Assembly: GCA_045597865.1 (NCBI GenBank)
Contig: JAZLKX010000052.1
Span: 96,001 to 160,000, forward strand
Direction: 5' to 3'
DNA length: 64,000 nucleotides
Source: Bacilli bacterium
GTDB lineage: Bacteria; Bacillota_I; Bacilli_A; RFN20; CAG-826
This document shows positions 44,544-53,029 of the stretch, piece after piece (position 1 is the first letter of the stretch; each line of letters starts with the position of its first letter). A program made the translations under genes and the position numbers. The notes beneath the pieces are model-generated. The model was not told where the DNA came from and did not search any database. It worked only from the letters and a program-made list of their open reading frames with translations.

Positions 44544-45995
44544 CAAAGAAAACCCGACCGCAAGATGCCATCCCTTTAGGGTGGCATATAGGTCGGCAAG
44601 GTATGTAAAGAAAATATTACAAACTAGTTGATGCGAAAATAATTATATTTTGAGTAGAAAACATATAAATAATAGTTGACGTCAAGAAATTAAGTCTTAT
44701 GGAACGATTACGAAGTGAAGATACAAAAGCCAAGATACGGGCAAGTATGTCCGCAACGAAGGCTAAACGGAAGACACAGGTCTGCCGTGTATTTGAACTC
44801 AAGGTATCCGTAAGGCACAATCCCAAGGAAGTGTTCCAGAAACTAGCCAACTGCTTTAAGGAAGCAAAGTGGGTAATCAACGATATGCTGTCCAAGTCCA
44901 AGAACAGTAGTATGTTTGATTACAAGTATACCGAGCATAAGGAAGTGACCCACTTTGATAAGGAAATGAATGAGGTTGTATCAACCATTACCTTACCATC
45001 CGTGTTGCACAGGGCGACTGTTGCCCAAAAGCTGACGGATATTTGCAATCTTGCCAAGGCAAGACAGCCTGGCAGAAAGATAGGTGCATTGAAGTACAAG
45101 AGACAAGTTAATTGTATTCCTATCATAACTGGATTCACGAAGATTATAGATGGCTGTAGGATAACCATTCCGGGTTTCCGTAAGTTGCGAGTTCATGGGA
45201 TTAACCAACTCCATCAATTTGAAGAGTTTGAGATAGCGGATGCCAAGCTAATCCGTAAGGCATCTGGCTACTATGTAAAGATTAGCATAATGTTACCGAA
45301 GTCATCAAGGAAGCCTACCAACCGAGAGGTCGGTCTTGATTTCGGTATAAAGGATTCCATAACGACATCGTTCGGTGACAAGTACAACTGCAATGTGCAA
45401 GAATCGGAGTACCTGAAGTTCCTGAGCAGAAAGCTAAATAGGAACAAGAAGCGGAAGGACTCCAAGCGTAGGTGGAGGTGTAGGTGTCAACTGGCTAGGG
45501 AATATGAACACTTGGCTAATGTTAGAAAAGACATTGCTAACAAGATATACCATAGGCTAGTAACCGACTATGATGTGATCTACTTTCAAGACGAGCAGAT
45601 TAAGAACTGGCATAAGGGATGGTTTGGTAAACAAGTCCAGTCCTCTTGCCTTGGTTCACTGAAACAACGACTTGTTGCTCTGGAAGCAAGCGGTCGCAGT
45701 TTCAAAATATCAAAGTGGGAACCCACTACCAAGCTATGTCCTAACTGTGGGTGTATCAATCCTATTGGTTTGGGTACACGAACATACAAGTGTGATTGTG
45801 GATATACACTTGATAGGGATACACACTCTGCCCGTGTTGTCTTGATGATTGGCTCATCTAAAAGAGCCGAGTGCTTGGAACAAGCCTCCGCTGAGGTAGC
45901 TACCTCTATGCCTATTAGCACTGCTAGTAGCGCACAAGCAGCTCCGTTGAAGCGAAAACTAGAAGCTCTCACCCTTTAGGGTGTGGGTAGTTCAC
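44544..45995 (+). mobile_element. IS200/IS605-family TnpB-only (IS1341-like) element
   Basis: Left-end hairpin ATGCCATCCCTTTAGGGTGGCAT; shared CCCTTTAGGGTG at both ends; right end ...GGGTAGTTCAC; no tnpA. Left boundary uncertain by ~2 nt. Confidence 0.85.
44699..45979 (+). CDS. tnpB: TnpB RNA-guided nuclease family protein
   Basis: RuvC-I VGLDFGIKD, CPNC..CDC Zn ribbon, RuvC-III DRD; RuvC-II reads FQDE. Confidence 0.92.
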   Translation: MERLRSEDTKAKIRASMSATKAKRKTQVCRVFELKVSVRHNPKEVFQKLANCFKEAKWVINDMLSKSKNSSMFDYKYTEHKEVTHFDKEMNEVVSTITLPSVLHRATVAQKLTDICNLAKARQPGRKIGALKYKRQVNCIPIITGFTKIIDGCRITIPGFRKLRVHGINQLHQFEEFEIADAKLIRKASGYYVKISIMLPKSSRKPTNREVGLDFGIKDSITTSFGDKYNCNVQESEYLKFLSRKLNRNKKRKDSKRRWRCRCQLAREYEHLANVRKDIANKIYHRLVTDYDVIYFQDEQIKNWHKGWFGKQVQSSCLGSLKQRLVALEASGRSFKISKWEPTTKLCPNCGCINPIGLGTRTYKCDCGYTLDRDTHSARVVLMIGSSKRAECLEQASAEVATSMPISTASSAQAAPLKRKLEALTL

Positions 45996-46061
45996 AACTG
46001 TATAAATAATTCAATAGGACTACGTGAAATGAGTGTATCATTATCTTCGGGAGGACTTGAT

Positions 46062-46289
46062 ATGAATCCTTGGGAAAAGAGACACAAGTTTATGTTAGAC
46101 CAAGCGAAAGCGATGAATGATCATCGTTGGATTGAAAGCGAAAAAGCGGCACGAGATTTAGGTGAGGCAGCTTACCGCGAATGGGTCGCTAAATTTGCTA
46201 AAGAATTTCGAGAAGCTTGGGAAAAGGAAAACGGCCCAGTTGTGGAGGAAAAAGTAAATGGAAAAGATGAACGAAGCAGTGAAGATTGA
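46062..46289 (+). CDS. DUF4032-like small protein
   Basis: HRWIESEKAARDLG..A..EW; GGAGG RBS before ATG 46062. Confidence 0.55.
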   Translation: MNPWEKRHKFMLDQAKAMNDHRWIESEKAARDLGEAAYREWVAKFAKEFREAWEKENGPVVEEKVNGKDERSSED

Positions 46290-46749
46290 CGGCTTTGACG
46301 CTGAAGCACAGCACGCATTTGATAAGTTGGCAGGATACTTTGCCGTTTTCAAGTCTCGTGCTAATCCTAAGAGTCCAAGATATATTACAAAGCTAAATGA
46401 ATTTCAGCTAAAGTTTTTGGAATTCTTGGATAAGGCTGAAACTGAAAAGGCACGCCTTCAAGTTGGTGCATTCGTTAAAGAAATTCGTGGCTTGATTGAT
46501 GCAAAGGACAAGGAAGCTGCTGCTGAACCTAAGAATACGGTTATTGCTGGTGGAAAGATTCGTGACCTTTCTCGTAAGGGTAGAAGCAAAACAAACAAGC
46601 CTGAAGAATGGTCTTATGTAAATCCAAATAACGGCGGTGAATACTGGGACGGTGATGTTCACGTTTATGAAGCACCGGCTGAAGAAGATGATGAAGTCAG
46701 CGCCGCTGTAGAAAAGCTTCGCAAGAAAGGCTATAAAGTTAGCAAGTAA
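46258..46749 (+). CDS. hypothetical protein
   Basis: GGAGG RBS. Confidence 0.7.
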   Translation: MEKMNEAVKIDGFDAEAQHAFDKLAGYFAVFKSRANPKSPRYITKLNEFQLKFLEFLDKAETEKARLQVGAFVKEIRGLIDAKDKEAAAEPKNTVIAGGKIRDLSRKGRSKTNKPEEWSYVNPNNGGEYWDGDVHVYEAPAEEDDEVSAAVEKLRKKGYKVSK

Positions 46750-46847
46750 CTTACATAAACTTTAAACATATGAACGGTGTAGGAAGTTCCTCGCCGTTCT
46801 TTTTATCTTAAAACAAGGAAACTCATGTATGAAGGAGAAGAATAACT

Positions 46848-47207
46848 ATGGAACATTACAATGATGACTATGGCTGGCCGTATCTTGACGAAGCTGCTGC
46901 CAATGACTTTGACGAAAAAGCAAAAGGAATGTCAGGCGTATTGTACCGTAGGTTTTCATCAAGAGCTGAATTGGGTTACAGAATTGCTATGTCCGTTGTA
47001 AGACAAGAATACCCTGGCGATCCTAGGATGAGCGAAATAAATATAGACGCAATAGCAAAAAAGACACTTGATATTGTGTATAAGTCATTGACATATGTTA
47101 GCAGTGCATTCTGTGCTAATCCGAGCAACGCTAACTTAGGTATTGAAAATTATTTAAGAATGCACATCACGAAGATGGTACGCAAGCAAGTAATTCTTGA
47201 TGAATAA
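46848..47207 (+). CDS. hypothetical protein
   Basis: AGGAG RBS. Confidence 0.65.
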   Translation: MEHYNDDYGWPYLDEAAANDFDEKAKGMSGVLYRRFSSRAELGYRIAMSVVRQEYPGDPRMSEINIDAIAKKTLDIVYKSLTYVSSAFCANPSNANLGIENYLRMHITKMVRKQVILDE

Positions 47208-47245
47208 TTTATGGAGAGTTTGCTTGACGCTGTAAGGAGTATATA

Positions 47246-47560
47246 ATGAATAATGGATTTAATGCTGCCGATTTGGTTGACAAAACAAAAATGACAGATG
47301 AGCAAAAGTATGATCCTGCTCGTATTGCCAAACTTATTCGCGATGCAGCAAAACAGGGCGGTATCATGCTGAAAGGCCCAGAAAAGAACTGCAAGCATTG
47401 TCATGGCCGTGGGTGGATTGGACTTAATCATGAAACTGGTGATCCTATCTGTTGCCGTTGTATTTTCTTTAAAGAAGACTTACAGAATCGTTCTGAAGAA
47501 ATTCCTGAAGCTGCAAGAAAACCGTTAAACCGTGCAGAACGCCGAAAGAAGAAAAAATGA
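47246..47560 (+). CDS. DnaJ-type Zn-finger small protein
   Basis: CKHCHGRG...CRC; NRAERR tail. Confidence 0.6.
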   Translation: MNNGFNAADLVDKTKMTDEQKYDPARIAKLIRDAAKQGGIMLKGPEKNCKHCHGRGWIGLNHETGDPICCRCIFFKEDLQNRSEEIPEAARKPLNRAERRKKKK

Positions 47561-47901
47561 CACTGTCTTTATCAAACTCAGCTGTTGTAGAAGTATTTAA
47601 AAAATATGGCTGGAATACTGTTGGCCACAATGATCTTTTTACATCAGCATCAGTAGCAAAAAAATTTGTGAAAGAAGATGGCCGAGCTTTAATCGCAGTG
47701 TATACACAGGACTTGCATGATGAACTTATCATTATAAACGATGAATCATTATTGTATGAAACGCGAGGTGATTGGAAAATCTGGTCCTTATCGCAGCTTG
47801 AGGAAAGACTGATTGAAGACGAAAGAATTTACAAGCAGTATTTGAAACAGATAAAAATTAAGCAAATAATGAATGAAGGCAAAACTTTATTAAATTTGTA
47901 A
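47557..47901 (+). CDS. hypothetical protein
   Basis: ATGA overlap. Confidence 0.6.
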   Translation: MTLSLSNSAVVEVFKKYGWNTVGHNDLFTSASVAKKFVKEDGRALIAVYTQDLHDELIIINDESLLYETRGDWKIWSLSQLEERLIEDERIYKQYLKQIKIKQIMNEGKTLLNL

Positions 47902-47929
47902 AAGGTAAAAATAAATAGGAGTTTATAAC

Positions 47930-48877
47930 ATGGGTATTGCATCTGGTCTGTGGGTGGAGCGCTATCGCCCAAAGTCTGTAGCTGGTCTTGTCCTTCCAAA
48001 GGACTTTATGAAATTCTTTAAGAAGATTGTTGAAGATGGTGACATTCCAAATCTTCTTTTGAGCTCCCCGACACCGGGCACCGGGAAAACTAGCATTGCT
48101 AAGGCTATTGTCGCTGACTTGAACGCTGATTACATTTATTTGAACGCTTCATCTGAAAACAGTATTGATGTTATTCGTAATCAGATTGCTGGCTTTGCTC
48201 AAACAATGAGCTTTAATCAAGGCAAGAAGATTGTTATTCTTGACGAAGCTGACGGTTTGACTCGTCAGTTCCAGCAAGCACTTCGTGCATACATGGAAGA
48301 ATTTCAGTCAAACTGCCGTTTCATTCTAACTTGTAATAGAATTGGTCAAATCATTGAACCGCTTAAGCAAGGCAGAACGATGGTATTTGACTTTGACATG
48401 GCTAAATATCGTACTGAGCTTGAACCTCAAATCGTTGCTCGTGTAAAAGGTATTCTTAAGCATGAAAACGTTGAATTTGCCGATGGGATTGTTGAAAAAA
48501 TCGTAAACAGAACATTCCCTTCAATTCGTAAAGCAATTTCTTTTGTTCAACAGTACGCCGAAACACATGGGTCCATTGATGAAAACGCTGTACCTAAGGA
48601 TTTGGCAAAAGATCTTGTTGAAAAGTTTGCTTATGATCCGGCAGGTAAGCCGAATGTGTCAGCAACACGCTTGTATATTGAACAAGAAGGCTTGTCAGCA
48701 GCTGAAGTTTATCATGCATTGTTTGAAAAATTTGTACCTGATGAAAGGTGCATTAAGAAAGCGCAAGCAACTATCTTGTTAGCTGATTATGAATATCGCA
48801 CAAGTCAGTCTGCTGACCCATCATTACAAATGGCCGCCTGCTTGATGGAACTGGCTGGCTGTTGGGGTAAGAAATAA
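47930..48877 (+). CDS. 44: clamp loader AAA+ subunit (T4 gp44)
   Basis: LWVERYRP, PGTGKTS, LNAS, ILDEAD, CRFILTCN, IIEPL. Confidence 0.95.
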   Translation: MGIASGLWVERYRPKSVAGLVLPKDFMKFFKKIVEDGDIPNLLLSSPTPGTGKTSIAKAIVADLNADYIYLNASSENSIDVIRNQIAGFAQTMSFNQGKKIVILDEADGLTRQFQQALRAYMEEFQSNCRFILTCNRIGQIIEPLKQGRTMVFDFDMAKYRTELEPQIVARVKGILKHENVEFADGIVEKIVNRTFPSIRKAISFVQQYAETHGSIDENAVPKDLAKDLVEKFAYDPAGKPNVSATRLYIEQEGLSAAEVYHALFEKFVPDERCIKKAQATILLADYEYRTSQSADPSLQMAACLMELAGCWGKK

Positions 48878-49548
48878 TGTACGACGCACAAAAGATTTCG
48901 TTTGATGATTGGGCGCTTGGCTATAAGCATGGCGTGTATGTCTTTTCACAGGACTCATGCTCTGCTTGTAAGCGTTATCAGCAGGAACTGAAATACATTG
49001 ACAACTACTATCTGTATTTTGTAGAAGTAGCCACAACGAAACAGATGGCACTTGTTGAAAAGATCGTCGGCCGTTCTGCATATCCTATTACAGCTGGTTT
49101 TGAAGATAATGTTTTGAAGTTTGCTCGTGTAGGAATTGAATGGGACACGCAGCAAGCGGAAATCATTTTGCCATTCCTTGAAAAGTTTGGTAAGCGTCCA
49201 CTGACACAAGCTGAAATTGATGAACGCGTAAGGAAGCAGCGCAATAAATGTATGCTTACTTACTATGTGTTTCCGCCTGGTGTAACTGATGAACAGAAAA
49301 AGACTATTATGAACACTGCTGGAAAATACAATGAATTGCCTATTGATGTTTCAACAGTGGCACCTGCATGTCCGCTTGAAGAACGAGAACGAATGCTTGA
49401 AAGCCAGTACGCCGTCGCAAAGATGGTTGTGTTCAGCAATGGAAATAATCTTGATAATTTTGAACAGCGCATTGTGATTGGCTACGCTGCAGTAAACAAT
49501 GAAATCAAATTCGTAATGAGGGACATAAATGAATACGGACAATCTTAG
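48877..49548 (+). CDS. thioredoxin-like (CxxC) domain protein
   Basis: YVFSQDSCSACKRY; YP cis-Pro-like motif. Confidence 0.5.
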   Translation: MYDAQKISFDDWALGYKHGVYVFSQDSCSACKRYQQELKYIDNYYLYFVEVATTKQMALVEKIVGRSAYPITAGFEDNVLKFARVGIEWDTQQAEIILPFLEKFGKRPLTQAEIDERVRKQRNKCMLTYYVFPPGVTDEQKKTIMNTAGKYNELPIDVSTVAPACPLEERERMLESQYAVAKMVVFSNGNNLDNFEQRIVIGYAAVNNEIKFVMRDINEYGQS

Positions 49549-49804
49549 TGAAATTGCCGAACTTGCAAATGTAGCCGAAGCTATGTATGGCTTCAAAACC
49601 GAGCTTAACCTATCGGCTGCTAATATGGCTTATAATCAGATTCTTATCGTTAAGAAAGGCCATGAACCCCGAGAAATCATGCATGTAATGTATCTTGACG
49701 GCGTATTTCAGTTTGCTACTTGTGGAGACAAAACTGTACATTCGTTGGAAGAAATGCCGGACATGTTTGAATTTCTAAAGTCATATAAATACTCAAACGA
49801 ATAA
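49529..49804 (+). CDS. hypothetical protein
   Basis: GAGG RBS. Confidence 0.6.
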   Translation: MNTDNLSEIAELANVAEAMYGFKTELNLSAANMAYNQILIVKKGHEPREIMHVMYLDGVFQFATCGDKTVHSLEEMPDMFEFLKSYKYSNE

Positions 49805-49813
49805 CGAGGTTAT

Positions 49814-50569
49814 ATGATAGAAATCATTCCAATCTCAAAACGAGAACCGTGGCAGATTGATACTGACAAGCGGTTCTATATTGAGAATCGTGATAATCTT
49901 GATGGCATTGCAGCTAAGTATAACTGGGCCATTGAGAATATCATTTTGAAATCAGACGATGACGTGATTTGCTTCCGTCATGCTGATACTGAATTTAGAA
50001 CACAGCGAGATATCATCGAGTCGCAGGTTCGTCAGCAGTGGGAAAACGGTGCAGGTGTCTGCGGCGTAATTGGAACTATTGCTTTGGAAGGTTCATGTCA
50101 GTGGTGGACACCTAATCGTCACATCAACGGTTCAGGCTATATCATCCAAGGTGGGGTAAGACCTAAGGTTGATGATAAAGGTAAGCCAATCATGAATGAT
50201 GCTGGCCAGCCAATTATGGAAAAATATGAATATCCTATGGCAGACCACCCAGGTGTACATGATTATCTTGCAACTGTTGATGGTTGTTGCCTTTGGGTAA
50301 ACAGAAAGTTATTTGAAGAAGGCGTAAGATTTGATACCAGCTTAAAGGGTTATCATTTTTATGATACGGATATCTGCTGTGAAGCACTTTCTAGAAAATA
50401 CAAAGTTTCAACAGTGAATGTAGTCGTTAAACACGATAGCGTTGGTGCGATGCCTGAAGGCTTTGATGCACTGCGTAAAGTTTTCTTTGAAAAATGGAAC
50501 CAAAGAATTGATACTTGGCCCATCACTCGACTAACGAGGTTCAAAGATGACAGGCGTGGAAAGAACTAA
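49814..50569 (+). CDS. GT-A fold glycosyltransferase-like protein
   Basis: IAAKYN, CFRHAD, GVCGVIG, TVDGCCL, RFD..GYHFYDTDIC, VKHDS. Confidence 0.75.
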   Translation: MIEIIPISKREPWQIDTDKRFYIENRDNLDGIAAKYNWAIENIILKSDDDVICFRHADTEFRTQRDIIESQVRQQWENGAGVCGVIGTIALEGSCQWWTPNRHINGSGYIIQGGVRPKVDDKGKPIMNDAGQPIMEKYEYPMADHPGVHDYLATVDGCCLWVNRKLFEEGVRFDTSLKGYHFYDTDICCEALSRKYKVSTVNVVVKHDSVGAMPEGFDALRKVFFEKWNQRIDTWPITRLTRFKDDRRGKN

Positions 50570-50918
50570 CGAGATTCAGTACATTGAGGACCAGTTTCCT
50601 GGACTCCAGTGGTCTTTTGCCACTGGAGATTCTTCGCGTTTCTATACTGGAAAGGTACGCGGTATTTCAGTTGTAAGCGTTTCATTACCGTCAGGCGATT
50701 TTTTCTTATATGATAAGGCAGCTAAGATCATGGCTGAAACAGAATCGCTTGACCATGATGAAAAGTTTATGATAAACAATAGCGCGGTGATGTATAATAT
50801 CTCTGATAAAAAACGAACCTTGAAGAAAATTTGTGAGACTGCTGAAAAAGCGATAAAACGTTATTATATTTTACAAAAGAAGGAAGAAATCTATGCCGAA
50901 GGCAACTACGAAGACTAA
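50547..50918 (+). CDS. hypothetical protein
   Basis: GAGG RBS. Confidence 0.6.
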   Translation: MTGVERTNEIQYIEDQFPGLQWSFATGDSSRFYTGKVRGISVVSVSLPSGDFFLYDKAAKIMAETESLDHDEKFMINNSAVMYNISDKKRTLKKICETAEKAIKRYYILQKKEEIYAEGNYED

Positions 50919-51363
50919 GAAACCAGCTGAACAGCCGTCCGAAGAAAAAGAAAAAACGATAGGTCTTTTTGACGTATTAGATATGATTCAGACAAAACGC
51001 ATTCCGTGGTCTGAACTTGACGAAGCTTATAAGAAAGCCTACAGCCAATACATGATAAACCGGTTCATTTCGTCTGTTGAAATGTATTTACCGATCTTGG
51101 CTAAGCTTTCTGAAATTAAACAGCTGACCGATGAGCAGCATTATACTATTTTGTGTAATATAATAGCAACAAAACATTGGTTCAACTATAAAACTTATAA
51201 GAAGGAAAAGACAGATAAAGACACAGAATTGCTTTTGTTTGCTATTACGAAAGAATATGAGATTGGTCGCCGTGAAGCCAAGACTTATATAAATAATTTA
51301 ACGGAAACGGTTAAGGATAAACTTCGCTCCAAGTGGACTGAGTTATACAATTCATTAAATTAG
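50893..51363 (+). CDS. 62: clamp loader small subunit (T4 gp62-like)
   Basis: LFDVLD.I, YSQYMINRFIS, QHY..L, Y.I..REA..Y...LT. Confidence 0.75.
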   Translation: MPKATTKTKKPAEQPSEEKEKTIGLFDVLDMIQTKRIPWSELDEAYKKAYSQYMINRFISSVEMYLPILAKLSEIKQLTDEQHYTILCNIIATKHWFNYKTYKKEKTDKDTELLLFAITKEYEIGRREAKTYINNLTETVKDKLRSKWTELYNSLN

Positions 51364-51372
51364 AGGAAACAA

Positions 51373-52899
51373 ATGAAAACATTTCGCGACTTTATTAACG
51401 AAGCTTCTGTTGGTGCATCGGATATCTATCCGGCATCTGTGAAGATCGTTAAGTTTTTAGAAAAGCGACTTGGCACAACTTTTAAGGAAGTTGATGGCCA
51501 GGAATACGCTAATGGCTCCGGTCAGTATTTTGGCCTTCTTTTTATTAGTCCTGATGGTAACGCTGCTATTCGTATTAACTGGGACGGAACATCATTCCAT
51601 TCAATTAACTGGTGGAACGACTATTCAAAGGAAATGGCTCCTGCATTTGAAATCTTCACTGGCAAGATCGCTCCTGCTCAGGCATCTTTCGCTCGCCTCC
51701 TACCTGAAATTGCGGAAATTATCGTAAATGGCGGAAAGACTGGCACAGAGGACGATGACGCTATGGATGAATTTGAGGAAGATCTCGAAGAATCCACAAT
51801 TAACGAAGATTACGAATACAACGGCAATGTTTATAAGTCAAAGGTTGAAATCGTCAATGCAATGTATGACGAAGGTAAATCAGTTGAAGAAATTAAATCT
51901 GCAACTGGCTATCCTCCTGGACATATTCGTAATTTGATTGCTAAGCATACAGGCGAAGGTGGTCCTGCTACTTCTAAGTCTGGTGCTATCAAGGTTGTTA
52001 AAGGTCAGCCGGAAACAATTACGCCGTCTAAAGCAACAAAGAAAGCACAAGCTATGCTTGACGATACTGAATATGCAGATCCGGATGTTGTCTTTAAGGA
52101 ACTTGATTCTTATGTAACATTGATTGGTAAAGGCCTTATGCCTGCTTTGATGATTACAGGTCAGGGCGGTGTTGGTAAATCATTTACCGTAACTGATGTT
52201 TTGAAGCGCTTTGGCAACAAGGGTGAAGATTACGTTATCATGAAGGGTCACTGTACTCCTCCTGCTATGTATAAGTTCTTGTACTACCATTATAACCAGA
52301 TCTGCGTATTTGATGACTGCGATAGCATCTTTGATACAGCAGATGGTATGAACATTCTTAAGTGTGCTTTGGACTCTGGTGACCCTCGTGAAATCTCTTG
52401 GATGTCAAAGGGTGCCGACATTGTTGATACATTCGGTATTGAAGACCATCAGGAAATTGAAGCTCGCCTTGCTGAATTTGCTGATGAACACGGTGGTAAA
52501 GAAGGTATCCCATCTTACTTCCAGTTTGAAGGTGCTGTAATCTTTATCTCTAACTTGTCAAAGAAAGATATTTACAAGAAGGACCGTGCATTGCCTTCTC
52601 GTTGCACCTGCATTGATATTACTCTTCGTGCTAAGGATGTTATTCGCCGTATTGAAACTGTGCTCCCACACATCAAGATCTTCGCTGCATTGAAGGGTCG
52701 TGGTAAGAATGGCGGCCGTGATATTACTAACGACGCAATTAAGAAGGAAGTTTTTGAATGGATCTCATCTGATGAATTCTTGAACGATCCTCGCATGCGT
52801 GGTAAGGAGCTGAACTTCCGCATGTTCAACCAAGTTTACACATATCGGTACGCGGAATTACCCGACTGGAAAACCTTAAGTTTCAGAGCCGGGGGTTAA
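51373..52899 (+). CDS. AAA+ ATPase with capsid-targeting-like N-terminus
   Basis: MKTFRDFINE/A; GQGGVGKS; VFDDCD; IFISN; SRC; TATAAATA at ~51288. Confidence 0.8.
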   Translation: MKTFRDFINEASVGASDIYPASVKIVKFLEKRLGTTFKEVDGQEYANGSGQYFGLLFISPDGNAAIRINWDGTSFHSINWWNDYSKEMAPAFEIFTGKIAPAQASFARLLPEIAEIIVNGGKTGTEDDDAMDEFEEDLEESTINEDYEYNGNVYKSKVEIVNAMYDEGKSVEEIKSATGYPPGHIRNLIAKHTGEGGPATSKSGAIKVVKGQPETITPSKATKKAQAMLDDTEYADPDVVFKELDSYVTLIGKGLMPALMITGQGGVGKSFTVTDVLKRFGNKGEDYVIMKGHCTPPAMYKFLYYHYNQICVFDDCDSIFDTADGMNILKCALDSGDPREISWMSKGADIVDTFGIEDHQEIEARLAEFADEHGGKEGIPSYFQFEGAVIFISNLSKKDIYKKDRALPSRCTCIDITLRAKDVIRRIETVLPHIKIFAALKGRGKNGGRDITNDAIKKEVFEWISSDEFLNDPRMRGKELNFRMFNQVYTYRYAELPDWKTLSFRAGG

Positions 52900-52917
52900 T
52901 TGTAAATTCTAATTTAC

Positions 52918-53029
52918 AAAAAGGACAGATGGTATCATTCCCATTTGGCGGCGCTTACCGGAGCGCCGCCTAACTTTTATAAATAAACTAGACGAACCGG
53001 TAATTCGTCTTTAAATAAAGGAGAATGAA
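52918..53029 (+). promoter_or_regulatory. structured leader element, copy 2
   Basis: CAGATGG/CCATTTG; GGCGGCGCT-TACCGG-AGCGCCGCC; TATAAATA 52978-52985; AGACGAA-CCGGTAA-TTCGTCT. Confidence 0.8.

Noticed and set aside
45981-46061. N-terminal extension of the ORF starting at 45981
   Set aside because: It overlaps the IS right end; ATG 46062 has a GGAGG RBS.
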